Positions 35,121 through 49,739 of a DNA stretch of 64,000 nucleotides are shown here, piece by piece. The first letter of the stretch is position 1; the number at the start of each line of letters is the position of its first letter. Made by a program: the position numbers and the translations under genes. The DNA lies in contig OX597818.1 of assembly GCA_951406725.2 (NCBI GenBank), positions 41,602,001 to 41,666,000 of the forward strand. Reading direction: 5' to 3'. Under the pieces are notes generated by a model, which was not told where the DNA came from, did no database searches, and worked only from the letters and a program-made list of their open reading frames with translations. The stretch is from Octopus vulgaris (taxonomy: Eukaryota).

Positions 35121-38100
35121 AACAAACACACACCTATAGCTAAAATTTACTATTTATACCAAAATATCAATTTTATTAATGAAAACTTCATTCAATAAGT
35201 CTTAAAGACATGTAATGTTATTTACTAATGAACATAACCTTAAAAGCATATTAACCACTGAAAATGTAATTCACTTATGAAAGAAGCAAAACTGTAATGC
35301 AAGCATGTGTGCATGTATGTTTGCATGTGCAATAAATCATTATTAAACATTTATCTTTTTAAAAATACTGTATCACATGAATATTTATTTATCAAATTGT
35401 TAAATACTTTTAGAATTATATCTGCCTCGGATAAAAATCAAATTAAACTTCTAAATTGCAAGGACAGATACATATAAACTAATTTTCAAAATAGACCCAA
35501 CTTTCAACACCCTAAAAACAAACAATTGTAGCCACAACAACAATAAAGCATAATTCTGAAATATCTATCTACTACAAATACCCTGAACTGAACTTGGACT
35601 TAAATACAATAGCAGCCAATGACGACCACAGACTCTCAAAATAACAAGCAAAACACCACAGTCAGATTATTTTTAAAACAAAAAGAGAAAATGCTTAAAA
35701 TTTATATCTTGGAAAAGAGAAGAAATAAACAATGAATAGAACTAAAAATAAGCATAAAACAGTTTTGGTAATACTACAAATAAATAAAATCATTTCATCC
35801 ATACAAATATTCAAGAAATGACAAAACAACAGTGATGACCATTACTCTCCAAATGTAAAATGCCATATGGAGAGTGAAGAATGTGCACATACTCACTTAA
35901 ATAACAATTTGTTACAGCAAGAGCACCAAACTTTCATTGGCAAAGGGACAACTCCTGTAATGAGGTATAGATCTCTTGACTGTGATGTCATTTACAACAT
36001 TAACATAAGGTGACAACATTGAAGGATAGAGTCATGTCTCTTAGTTTTTAGCAAATAGGCTAGGAAAGGAGCCAAACTTATTTTAATTTTCAATAGCTTA
36101 TTTTTACAGAGACATTTCAAGGTTTATTCACTGAACTATTTCAACAGTAATATTCAACATAACTGCTACAAAAAGGTCTGCGATATGGTGAAATCTATTT
36201 TCACAATACTAATTATGCAAAATTACTATAAAAGTACAACTTATTGCTAAGCATTTCATATACAACATTAAGAAAAGGAAACTTAATATCGCTAACATTA
36301 TTCTGATAGTTAAATCTGGTCAAAACCTTATAGCACCTGCCTACCAGCCACTGCTTGCAATTTTATCATTGGTACTTATCTCTCTCTCTCTAATTCATTT
36401 AATGTGGCTGTAAGCAAATTTCATATAGAGACATAGTTCAATGCTGCAGACAAGAACAACATACAACTGAATATTTCAAATATTTGCCAAGACATAGAAG
36501 ATTAAATAAGAAATCCCATTTTTGTTAAGACAGTTTTGTAAATCCAAATGATTTAATGAATTGTTGAAATAAGTGTTAATAGATTATATCCTATTTTATA
36601 TTTATCCTTCCAGCAATGTTTTGAGTCACTAAAACATAAATGTATATAAGTACAAGACACAGCAGGGTCATAAAGAAGTTCACTTCACAATCATGTAGTT
36701 TCAAATTCGGTGGCACCTTGAACAAGAAACCACTGAAGGGCATATTCTCATGAGTGTGTGTGTTTAGCATATCTAAGCATGCATGGGTGTGTCTATACCA
36801 GTTTTGACTTAACAGTACAATAAACAGAGTCCAATAAAATAAGCACTGTATTTGATATGATTGGCTAGACCCTCGAAGGTGTTGCCCCAGTATAGTCATG
36901 TTCCAATGACCAAAACCTGTAAAAGAGTATATCACCAAGTATATTAGTGTTTTGTGTATGTGAACTAGAATGGTCAAATAAAGCATCTAAATTATGCAAA
37001 TTATATATCATATTCTAACTTCTTTTACTAAATGCATATACATGTATGAGAAAGAAAGAAAGACAAAGAGATTATTCATCTTCTATATGTGTGCTCTACT
37101 CAGACCTTTGAAATAACAGCTATTATAAACTCAATTATACAATTTAAGTGTAATCAACCAGCATTGTATTACATCCATTTTTCTGTGCTTGCATGGTTGG
37201 ACAGATCTTCAATAATTAATGACCCTAACTAATTATTTCATTGTTGCATTGACAAATTACTTCATTCCACTTAATTACATGCTTCAGTTCACCTAAATGA
37301 AAGATAATCCCAATATGATTTTGTATTTGGATTTAGAAGGGGCATATAACAATAAATGATACTTTGAAAAAAGTCAAAAGACAAATCATTCACATTTCAC
37401 AGCTTTCAAACATCTGGATTAATGTAACCAAAATACCTTAATTTTCCAAGTCTAAGTTCATCTAAAGACTATGAGCAGTTACTTAAATTGCTCAGACTAA
37501 CAAACACAAAAGAAAAAAAACACTAATTTGAAAAAGAAATTTAAAAAACAACTGATTAGAAAACCAAAGTATAAATTTTCCATTCGAGATTATCCAAGAC
37601 ATTTTTGGGAATATATATATATATGAATCCCACCCAAAAAGAACACTATGTAGAACAATGAAGGGTATTCTGTAATTTCTGATATGATAGACCTAAAGAT
37701 CACTCCGAACATTTGTTTTTACGTTGTTACACAAACAAGGCCTTCTACAAAATGTTCAAATTGGCTTATCTCTGCATGGAAAAATACATTAAAAATATAA
37801 TTATAGCTTTAATCAAATCTGTTAACCTAATTACATTTAATGGCACTTTAAACAAACAGTTGTTAAATTGATTCCAAACCTTTTGTTTGTGACTGGGTTT
37901 ATTTTTATACAATGAGTAATCAAAATGAAATGGAGAATCTAGAAGTTTACTAAAATATATAAACTTATACTTCTCAAAGAAAGGTTTTAGGGAAGGTTAA
38001 AATATTGCCTTAAAGTTTTTGAAACTGAAATTTTATTGAAAAGGAAGTTATATAATTTTTACATACATTTATATAATCTAAGATTTTAAAAAGTGCAAAT

Positions 38101-38649
38101 TCTTAAACACTTATCAAAAATCCATTTTAGCTTCCTTTACTCTTCAAAGCATAATTCACCTAATATGAAAAATAGAGCACATCATTACAAGTCAATATTA
38201 AGTGTAATGTCAGCAACATGGTTTGAACCCTCAATCACTGGATCAATGAGCAAACTAAAATTACAGGATAGTCACTATGAAAACAAATAATGGGCAACAT
38301 CTGTTGGTTAAAAAGTGTCATAAGCTAACAGTCAAGATTATCTACATAGCAGAATCAATCAGCTTAACAGAATAAGAGATTGTAAGATGTGTGCCAAGAA
38401 CAGAGAAGTTTTTTAAATAAAAAGAAAGGACTGTTAACTCCATGCTAATATTTAAAAGAAAAAATTTTAAACACTGACAATAACTATGAAGACATTTCAG
38501 AAATCCACGAGAATTCTTTGACAAATTACAACTTTCGTACTTTTCAAAATTTATAACCACTGACAGCCTAATAGAATGCAACAACCTGTATATCAACAAG
38601 ATGCCTATCTCAATACTTTAACATGTTTACATCTGTTGCTGTTTAGCCC

Positions 38650-41600
38650 CAGGCCAGTTCTGATCGGTGAGGCCTGAGGTAAGATATTTTTGTCACGATT
38701 ATTCCGTATTTTACAGACTTATGCAATATCTTTTTTTTTTTTTTTTTGCTATTTCTAACAAGGCGTGAGATAAGGCAGATGCTCCCTCACTAAAAATTTT
38801 ACATCTATTTTTTTTTCTCTGACGGTGTGGTAAATTACTAAATTAGACGCTTTTACGAAATTTTCTAAATTCTTTCAGTTTCACGTATTATATTCACGCA
38901 AATATTTAAACAAATCTAGACAAATACAAAGAAAAGGATTCTTTCGTTCATAATAAACAAAGTCAATTACTAAACCACTTCTAACTTAGAGAAAAGAAAA
39001 TAGCAAACTGTAATGTTGGCAATGTGAATATATCCTTAAAAATACATAAGATGGTTAATCTGAATATTAGATAAGTTTTATTAGTTCACACGTGAAGATC
39101 AACTTGAGCTGTTCATATCAAAAGTAAATTCACCATCATGAATAAACAGTTAGTAATAAATTAATCACCGATCAATACTTAATGAGTAATATGATATAAT
39201 ACGTAAGTTCGGAGAGAAAACGTATAGTAAATAACTCGACAGAAATATAACATTCTTATCCAAAAAAAAAACCCAGCAATTATTAAAAATGATATATTTT
39301 TGAAAAGCACTGACAGAGTTATTAAAAAAAAAAAAGTGAAATTTAATCTATAATCCAGTTTATTTCTATCAGAAGAAAAAAAAAAGAGAATACTCCATTC
39401 TCAAGAAGAGCAGACAAACATCTAATCAAAAGAATCAACACGTATATACATTCGAAGCGAAGTTTGTTTGTCTACTCCAAATGAAACACATCAAGATTTA
39501 ACTCCACGGATTATACAACATTAAAAATTTAATTGCAGGATGATATCAAGAAAATCTCAGTCTAAAGAGTTTAGTTAAAACTATTTTATATGAAATCATG
39601 ACAAATGCCAAGTCCACCAACGTAATTGCCGTGATGAATTTAAAATAGCATCGTAAAGTTACAATATTTAACAAATGAAAAAGTTCGAGAATCGGGAGTT
39701 GTAAATGAAAATTAAGGGGAGGACGGCCAGTATACGAAATCTATATATCCGAACTGATAGATCACATCGACTGATCGGTAGATATAAAATTTAATTAGTT
39801 GGACAAAATTAACTGCTGCTGGTTGGTAATGCCCAGCTAGTTCCACTTTTTAGACAAGCATTATTTGTTTCGCGTTTTTTGCTTTTATTTTTCACAAGAG
39901 GTTGCATACAAGAGGGAGAGAAATCAACCAAGATGTTCAAGAAAAATAGATTAACATAATCGAACTTAATCAATAATGTTTAACAAGTGTTAGAAGAAAC
40001 GTATGAAAACCTGTTAAAGATATGAAACCTCGTCGAGAGAAATTAGAAAATCAGACCCAAATGTCATACCCGATTATTAGTTTGAAAAGGTTTCTGCAAC
40101 GTTTAATATTCTATTCATAAGTGAATTCAGAAACCCAAGTCACATGCACAACCAATTAGCTAGAATTTTACACAAAGAAACAAAATACTAAAAGATCAAT
40201 AAAAGGTTTGATCCAATTTCTAACAGAGAAACAAAATGAAAACGAAAAATATAAGCTAAAAATAAAGACCAAATAATATTGAGACATTGCAACGAAATTA
40301 GGAAAACGAAAAAAACTTGAGCGTATCAAATACACTGAAAGGTCAGTGGTAAAATACACTGATGAGAAAGCTTAAAAATGAGAAAAAAAACATTAAAACA
40401 AGGATAATAAATGTTTTAATGAATAATTACAAAGGGACGCACCTTCCGTAGGCAGTAGTTATCACACTGATGGTAAATGTCCGACATTGAGCAGCTCAAG
40501 ACTTCTATCAAAACGTTATAGGAAAAAAAAAGTGTTGCAGAGACAACGAAGAGTAATCGAGAGATCTACTTGTGGAGAAATAAAACAGGCTTAGACGCAT
40601 GTGTACGGGAAGGATAAAAGTTGCAAAATGTAAACTGTTAAATGGGGAAATTGTTGAGACACCATAGTCGTGTATTTAAGTGAATGACACAGAGCGAAGG
40701 TGGCGGAGCACGTACCAACCAATCGAACATAGTGGACAAGTGCGAGACCACTAAGAGGCCAAGGTTAAATATTGTTTAAAGTTTGAAAAAAAACAGCTTT
40801 AACAGATTTATTTCTGTTTGGAAAAATGCAAATGCAATTAATTCTATGCGAAAATAACACGACTAAACGTAAGGAGTTATGAGAGAGAGAACGTCATTTA
40901 AACACACATACACACACACACACACACAGACAGACATCCGCGAAATGAGCAAAAAAAATAAGCAATCGACAACACAAGGTAACGCGCTTGACACAATGAA
41001 TGTGAAGTAATTTCACAAATATGAATCGAAGATAAGAAATAAATGATCTAAAATAAAGGATGTCTGAGAGCTAAATGAAATCAGCCAGTCTTACCAGACA
41101 GTCACGCTTGTGTTTCATGGCAATATGGCGGCAATTACAGGAAATGTACCTATTTACGACTGCCGTAAAATTGGATAACGTCCGACTTAACGCAGAGTAT
41201 TTCTACACTTTTCGATTTTCACTCTTCCTTTTCATTTTCGAAATAAAAATAAAAAAAAACATTTTCGAATAAACATACGCAGTAAGAACTGGTCTTTGAA
41301 AGAAAGGGTCAAATGGAATAAAACGATCAAAAAATTTTATTTAAGTGAAAATGTAAAGAGCATCAGTTCTGGGTTATCTCCCCTGATTCAATGCGTTTGA
41401 ATCTCGGGGTGGGGAAAGCAAAAGGCTTGCTTTACACGTACTGCCTTGCCAAAGTTTGTGACTGCAGAATAATTCGACTCAATTAGAAACAAAACGAATT
41501 TACGAAACCGAAATGGAAATTATTAGCTATGACAGTTATTTCCCCGACACATTATTATTAGTAGCTGGCATTTTAATTATATTTTTGTTTTATTTTTTTT

Positions 41601-42118
41601 CTGTTCCAACACATCAATAGTGAAACATATTTTGATAGTGACGACGCTAGACGGGACTTAGTGCCATGTCAGCTACTTCACAACATCGTACAAGAGGCAT
41701 CACTTAATCGTGTCCTTATTTTGTGTGTATACACAAATATTATGGATTATGGCCATCTTTTTTCGTTTTGAGAGGATGAATATATTTAATTCCCGAATAA
41801 TACAGCAGAACATTTGCACTAATGACAATATTTTGACCATATAAAGAGAAAGTAAATCAACTAAAATATCCACTAAATATATTCGAGATTTCTTCAATAA
41901 CCAAGGATTATGACTCAGTCTTATTTAACGATCACGTATCGGTCGGTATAAAACCCCTTTAGCACGCTCAACTATTAACAATGAGGTGTTAAAAGAATAA
42001 CATTCACATACGTAGTAATAGTTTCAGTACGTTTCTTCCCAGTATAATAATAGTTTATTTGCAGTTATGTCCGTACAAAACCAACTGTTCCATTAACAAA
42101 AGCAAAACAGGACCATTG

Positions 42119-42149
<31 letters not shown>

Positions 42150-42400
42150 CATAAATATTTGTGTGTGTGTGTGTGTTTAAAGGATGTAAACCTATAAAGA
42201 AAACATCGTAACGAGATAGCAGTCAGGCCACCAGAAGGAAATTCCATAAACTTGGAACAAAATTCCTGAATTCTAAAAAAGTATTCGCACGTCACGCTAA
42301 CGCAAAAATTTTATTAAATAAAAATAACGAAGGTAACGCCTAGCATCGAAAGCTCGATGCAGGTTTGTAAAAACCCACAATTTCTGAAGTTATTTACTTA
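38650..42400. promoter_or_regulatory. CpG-retaining intronic region, candidate internal promoter
   Basis: Frequent CG dinucleotides by eye versus near absence in 31.3-38.6 kb; few recognisable TEs; YY1-like GCCGCCATATT on the minus strand at 41122-41132. Confidence 0.55.
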
Positions 42401-43434
42401 ACAACAATTAAAATGATACAAGAATTTTTAGTCTCAAAACTTCTAATTTTATAAAAATTCAAAGATGCTCAATTTGCATTCGTTTCAACCTGAACACACA
42501 CAAAAAGTTGACTATATCTAATAAAAACAAGAATAAACTGTAAACAAACTAATCTAAAGGAGCAAAAATAATTCAAGATACTTCCACATATAACATATAA
42601 ATGGTTTCTAAGATGGTCCCAGAGAAGCCTTAAAAGTAGCATCTACAAATCCATCAATTCCCACCTGACCAAGTGACGAATTGGTAAAATTGTTTGAGCA
42701 TTAGAAAGTGAGTTCAAATCCCACAGAAGTCAATTTTGTCTTTCATCACTTAGGGTTATTTAAAAAAAAAAAGCACATATTTGGGACTGAATGCCTTCTA
42801 TTTGTTCTGGTTCAAATTCTGCTGTGGTCTACCCACCAACCAATTTATCACTACCATTTGGCACAATGGTTACTTTTAGCAAAATCCTCTCCGTTGTAAG
42901 CATTTGGGTCAAGTCACTTGTTAGGGGACACCTTCCTTTTTCTCACTCATCAGTCTTGGAGGCCCTACAAAAAGGTCACACAGCTAAAAGATAAAAAATG
43001 TTCATTCTTTTCCAATGAAATGAAATCAGCCAAGACCTTACATCCTTACATTAAGTTGCAATAACTTCAACCTCAAACAGAATGGCATACATTTTGGGAG
43101 GGCATTTAGTCAACTGATTTGATACTTAGTAATGAGTTTGTATTACAAAATTGACTAAAGTGGAGTCAGAACTCAGAACAAAAGGAGGGGGGCATAAATA
43201 CAGACGTGAAATAATAAAATCTGAAGCTTAATACTATATATTTGTCTAACGTGTATTTAATCATTGTCAGTCTTCCTGTGTATATATAGTAATATACATA
43301 AAATTGCAGCTTCACTAGATTTCTGATTCTGCATCCTAGATTTTAATAAGAGATCACACATAATCAAAGACTAAATTTCCACTATCCATTCATTCAATAA
43401 AATTATTATAAATATTAATGAAAGTAAAATAGGT

Positions 43435-43592
43435 TTAAGGAGTGGCTGAGTGGTTAAGAAGTTTGCTTCTCAACCACGTAGCTTTAAGTTCAATCCTACT
43501 ATGCAGCACCTTTGGCAAATGTCTTCTGCTGTAACCCTGGACCAATTAAAGATTTGTGAGGGTATTTAGGAGACAGAAACTGAAAGAAGCGT
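43435..43592 (+). mobile_element. SINE family B 5' portion
   Basis: aggagtggctgagtggttaagaagtttgctt...gcacctttggcaaatgtcttctgctgta...gaaactgaaagaagc. Confidence 0.75.
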
Positions 43593-43764
43593 ATGCAAGA
43601 CAATTTTTGTGCATGAATGGCTAAACCAACAATTTATTAGACAACTTGTTAAGAAATAAGCAGCTTTACCATGTTTTCAGTATTGCACTATTTGTAGACT
43701 CAGTACACAGCTCAGTCTATTTAACTTTAAAAAAAACTCACAGCTTTGGCATGCAAATTATTGC

Positions 43765-43938
43765 CACAATGTTTTGAATTTATCATACATTATCTGAAAG
43801 CTTCAAGATTTCAATGATATGATAGTTTATTTTTAGAATGATATTGCAGGGTAGGTGCAAGAGGTCAGATCTTGCCAATTTGAACATAAAACAGAACATT
43901 TGAGCCAGAAATGACCAGTTTAAATGCTTAAGGGTTAA
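43765..43938. mobile_element. Second, left-truncated copy of the TTAA MITE
   Basis: gttttgaatt...agcttcaagatttcaatgat...tttaaatgcttaaggg-TTAA, homologous to 17779-17942. Confidence 0.7.
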
Positions 43939-46867
43939 ACAGAGGGAGCACTTTGAATTGTATGAGTGTGCCATTGGCTTGCAGCACTATTCAACATCTT
44001 CAGTGGTTATAGGCTACAGAGGATTACACTCTGCCAAGCTAACTGGCTCTTGATATCTTACATGAAATCGAAATTCATTGATATTTGTCCCAATGGCTTA
44101 TGGAGGTACAAAGGGATGTCATGAATGTGCTAAACTACCAGCAAAAAGTACACTGATCAAAAATGGCATTCAATATTGTACCTCTGAGGAAGGAACATAA
44201 CTATATTAGCTTTTGTCTGGATAACTGCTAGCAAAAAAATATTAAAATTGTTGCAACAGTTTGTAAATGATCACAACTGTGTATACCATTATAGTCATTC
44301 AAGCATAACAGAAGTGGATGTAAAATGTGATGGGTGAGATAAGAGAATAATTTACAAGATTAAATCAACAGACAAAATTTGGAAATTCCAAACCATTCCA
44401 GTCATTAAATAATATGCTATTTTATAATATAAGATTAGCAACTGTTCGAATGGAAAATGCAAATATTTCAAGAAAATATGGAATAGATACCTTAACTCTT
44501 TCAGTGCATAACCCACTCCACAATGACCCAATATTGTTATTCTCTTGTGAGCAGACTGCTCAACAGTTTGCTGTTTTATATGTGACAAAGTTTCATGCAA
44601 AATATCAAACAGCTTTAGAATAAAGAATACTGCCAAATTTTTTTCAAGTATAACATGGGCAGCAATGGCTGGTAGAAGATAGAATATTGGAAAGCATCTA
44701 TGCCAGAAGAATGTCAATGAAGAACAGCCCCAATATCTGAAGGAAGATACTTAAATAATGCTTGAAGGAAGGTGGAGGCCACAGCATTTCAGGACAGCAA
44801 CATAGTCTGAAGGACGACAATGTAGAACAGAAAATATGGCTCAAGAAATAGCAATGCATAAAGTAGGTACCATACAACTGTAAAAATTACTAAAAGAGGA
44901 CAATATTATCCAATGGATAACAGTAACGTAGTATGAAGTAAAGCAAATATGATCCAAAGAAAAGTTGCTGGATAGACATGAGCAAATGAAAGTTGCCAAA
45001 GTATGACTTGATCTGGTGGTCTCAGAGGTGGGAGTTATTGAAAAGTGAAAATAATATAACAGAAAACTTTAAAAGCTGATGGAAAGATGAATTTAATATA
45101 AATGAAGAAAAAAAAGTGCATTTCTCAAAATATATAGAAAAAATATCAAGGAAACATTGTCTCACAATGTTTGAGTTAATAGAAGCTGGAAGTACTTACC
45201 TTTGAGAAAATAATTAAGAATAGAAATTTACTACCAAATTTTAAGACATATCTCTCTCTATACTTTTTCTATTGCTACTTTAGAGGTTTCTGCTTGTCTG
45301 AAAAAACAAGCTGGTTACCACCTCTATCCAGACCCATCTAATGCTTCTCCTCCTTTGTAAACTGCTACACAAACCAAACCCACCAGTTCTGTGAAATTCC
45401 CTCTCCACCCATGATTTTTTTTTTTCCAAAGAGAGCTTCTACAAAGTAATTTAACCTGCTAGAACTAGTTGTTAAATCTCCATCAAATCCTGCTGTATCA
45501 TCCTAAAGAGGAAGACCACAGTAGATCATGTAATCTTAGCTGCATTATCTGAGAAAGATAGGATGGACATAGCTAGAACACCCTTCATCATAAGCATGCT
45601 CAATCATGTAGATGTGGGGTTAAACTACAACAACCAACTCAAGTACACACTGAACATACATTGATCTAACCAGCCTGGAGGAGCTTTCCAAAGTCATGGA
45701 TACTACCCTTTTTGCACTAAAAAATTAAAATAACTAAAATGCTATTTTAGAAAATCCATTTTTCTGCCTGTTTACTCTCAATAATCAAACAGCCCTATTG
45801 ACCTCCTGGCTTTACATAAATAGGTTTACAAAACAATCATGAGAAGAAAAAGTCTATCAAAATGGATACTGTATATGTGCACTCAATTTACTAGCAACAA
45901 AATTAAGCCCACCCTGAGATGGTCATGGATAGAATGCCTTCGATTACAGGTCCACTCAATGACAAATGACCTTGAGTTAATACCTGAGCGAAAGTAAACT
46001 AACCATCTTTTATAGTCAATTTAAGTTTTCAGTTTTGTCCCACACAGTAAATTACTCTACTACTCACACTTCATCACGTCTTTATTTGTAAACGGTTTTA
46101 TAACAGAGGTTATTAAAAAAGTAAATACATAAAACATTTTAGCATGTTTTTTTTTCCTCGAGATGTTATTTCAAAAACAGAAAGAAAAGAGTAAGAGTTT
46201 AGAAAAACCAATTATAACCAGTAGTTAAAAAGGAATAAAGAAAACACAATGTACTCAGATTTTTCTCAATCATACTTTCTCTTCTGTACACCTGAGGCAT
46301 TAAAATGATGCAGAAAAACAGTTAGGAAGCAAGATGGGGTGTGTAAAGTGCTTTAAAGCATTATATTTCAAGCAGTGCTTTTAATTTCACATCTCAAAGG
46401 TTCAGTTTCCTTTTCATCCCTTTGAGATGAATAAATTAAACACTAGCAATATATTGAAGACAAAGCATGATCTTTCTTCTATAGCCAAATCCTATTTTTT
46501 AAAACCAAAGCATCATCTTTATCTAAGACAGAGAATATTAAGGTTGGTCAGTTTTGTTTGTTTCTCTATGCGAGTATGGGTTAGATGGATACCTTATTCA
46601 GACATTGTTTCACAGCTAGATGCCCTTCCTGTTGCTTATCTTACTCCATACATCTTTGAAGATGCAAAGCCAGTAACCATTGACAAAGGAAATTACAGTA
46701 ACATCAGTGCCCACAGCCCAGTAATTTTCAGAAGTGCAAATAACTCCAGTAAGAAATTCACATTAGGTTTTGGCTTTATAAGAATTCAGTTCAGGGGCTT
46801 CTGTCATTTGCCTATTAATAAAGATTCCTGACATTAACAAAACATCAACAGCTTGTGAGAAATATAA

Positions 46868-47180
46868 TCATCAACATCATTTAACATCTGTTTTCCAAGC
46901 TGAATGATTTAAAAAGGAGTGGCAATCCAGAGGACTGCACCAAACTGTAAGTCTGCTTTGACATAGTTTTGGTAGTTGAATGCCCTTCCTAATGCCAACC
47001 ACTTAAATTGCACTGGATGCCTTTTACATGGCACCAGCACTAGTGAGGTTACCAACTAACTTGCAAGACAAGACCCTTTCAACTGATAGGGTAGTAGTAT
47101 TGAGGGAGGTGGCTTTATACAAGGTGATAAGAGACTAAAGTATGATAGAGGAACAGATGTCTTGCTTGTGGAGATATATA
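46868..47180 (-). mobile_element. RTE-type 3' tail / derived SINE, degenerate
   Basis: catcatttaacatctgttttcc...tgcccttcctaatgccaacc...gccttttacatggcaccagcac. Confidence 0.7.
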
Positions 47181-49739
47181 GTCAAATGAATTAATCACAG
47201 TACACTGACTGTAAAAGAGACATCCCAAAACACTGTTAGAAATTTATTCTTACAACTGGCCATTTTTGTTTGTATAATAATCTTTCTTAAACTCAGTAAC
47301 AATGATCTTTCATATTAGATTGAGATCTTTGATATTTAAATGGAAGAAACATGCAAGACAGTGATATTCATAGCAAAATCTCAGGAAGAATTTAAACACC
47401 AACATGTAACATATGGAACTCAATGCTGTAGAGCATCAAGTCTAGATTTCAACTCCACTATCAGAAGTTCGTAACATATAGGCTGAAATTTTTTTTTTTT
47501 AAATACATATTTCCATTTTCACATAAATATTTCTATCCATTGTGCTTTCTAAATCACTGACATTTTATTCTGATGAAAATGATCTTAAGCTTGAAAAAAT
47601 ATCCTAAAAATAGAAATTTGAAGAGGGTTAGGGAGCAGTTGAAGAGAGCTTATACTTCATTCCATTTTATTATGATGGTCTGCTGAAAAATTAGAGAATT
47701 ATATTTGGTGGAAAGGTCAAGTCTATTAACACAGTTGATTGACATTTTATTTAGGAAAGGAAGAAGAGTTGGGCTCTATGAGGTTTCTAACAACCCAATA
47801 GTAAATATAAAAAAAAAATTTAAGACATGCAATGAAACAAGCTTCAGTCCTTGGAACCTTTTTCTTTGACATTCATTCTTCACTGATGAGATATCTCCAT
47901 AGTCTGGTTCATTGAGAAATGTGTTAGGTTATATGATTGTGTAATTAACTAATGCAATATTAAACTTGATCTCATTATTCAAATATGTGTGCTAAAAAAA
48001 ATGCTGGATCCTAGGTTTGGTGAAAACAACACTTATACAGTTATGAAAATATTTCACAAAGTAAAATGTTCTCATGTACAATATGTGACATAAAAATAAA
48101 ATCCCTAAGTCTAAATTTTATGAGAGAGAATTATAAAACTATCAGCAATACAAAACACATAAATACTATAGTATTTCTGATGATTCATAATACATTTTGG
48201 TTTTTGGTACCTCAAATCACTAAAGTTATACAAAATCAAATAACAAGTAGCTACATTGTCACAGGTTAAGTGACAAATTGGTATTATACTAATAGCAATA
48301 CATGTTCAATCTGGCAGTGATTCTTAACTTCTAAGAGACTTGTTGAATTGTATTTATTATAAAGGAATACAGTTCAAAGTTTTAAGCATCAGGAATGTAA
48401 ACTGACAAGTGTTTCATTAGCTGCAATGTTGAGCTAAAATTATGACATGGTTCCAGCTAAAGCTACTGGATACAACTTTATATCCTGCTACAAATCATAA
48501 ATCAAAAACATTGCATTATAATGACTAATATTAGTGCTATTGTGACACAGTATACCTAAACTAACAAAATATTTTGTCAGTTTACGATTTTATAGGAGGT
48601 CAACTTAAAGGAAGTAATAAATATAAATGAAATTAAAGAATGAACCACAAATTTATTCAACGTTGAATATGACTGTGAGAAATCACATTCAATGATAAAA
48701 ATAACTCAAAATTAACATAACAAAAAGGAAAATTTGTAAAATCAATTTGAAACTAGAGCATCAATTAAAAAGTTTTGTTGGAGATCAAAACAGGTTTAAA
48801 TTTCTTGTAGACATAAATGTTGGTTACTCAATGTCCCCTACATCACAAATTATACATGCAAAGATTCATTAAGCATACACTGAATTATTTCTGAAAACTA
48901 GAACCATCAGTATTTAAACTATGTGGAAAGAATTTTCAAAGTCAGGATGGCTTGGTTTTTCATGAGTTTTAGGTATTCCACATTTTTTTCTCCCTATTCT
49001 CAAAACTAGGTGGTTCTATAGCATAGTATCTGTCCAGACAATATCTTTCATAATCTGCTTTATTCTCCATCAACTACAATCAACCAGCAGCCTACAACAC
49101 ATTATCAATTAATATTAATCGTCCATTTATAATCATCTTATTGATTTTTATTTAGTAAGAACTTTGTGACTTCACTGACAGGAACATCATGCCTCAAAAA
49201 TATTGTATGGCCTAAATGTCATATTAGGAGAAAATCCCTTCATTTACAATAGAGGAAGATGTTCCCCAATACCATTACATTCCACTGCTTTCAGTATGTG
49301 AAAAGTTGGATACACGGTGCTTGTAAATAATAGGTGTTTAACAACGTTGAAGTATGGATTCATTGCTCCACTGATCTTTTTACAAGAAACTGTAGGAAAA
49401 TACACACACACGCACTACCAAAAGTTAGCCCCACAGAATTTTGTATATATTTTAGGTTATATTAATGTTTGAATTGACAGCTATTTACTTCCAAACATAT
49501 ATCTTGACTTAATTGATGCCTGACCTTTGAACTTTCTGCAAGATTTATAAATTCTAATGTGATGCTCTCCTTTAAATCAACTCTCTTGTAGATCAAGGTG
49601 GCTACTATGACTTTTCAGATTATGTAAAACTTGCCACCATTATATTCTAAGAAGGTATTTTAACTAATTTTTTGTTTTTTTATGTGTGCATGGTAGTCTC
49701 ATTTTCATAGAATTTGCTCAGCAGTTCATGTTATGTAAG

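Noticed and set aside
44380-44740. ORF 44352..44717 or a mariner 5' remnant
   Set aside because: The ORF has no recognisable domain, and the resemblance to a transposase N-terminus is too faint to call.
46029-46078. C/D snoRNA-like GTGATGA...CTGA on the minus strand
   Set aside because: It is only ~50 nt with no convincing terminal stem or D'/C' boxes.
36591-46831. Longer intronic ORFs 36591..36986 (-) and 46427..46831 (+)
   Set aside because: Their composition is typical of random AT-rich DNA or decayed SINE sequence, with no domain or splice support.
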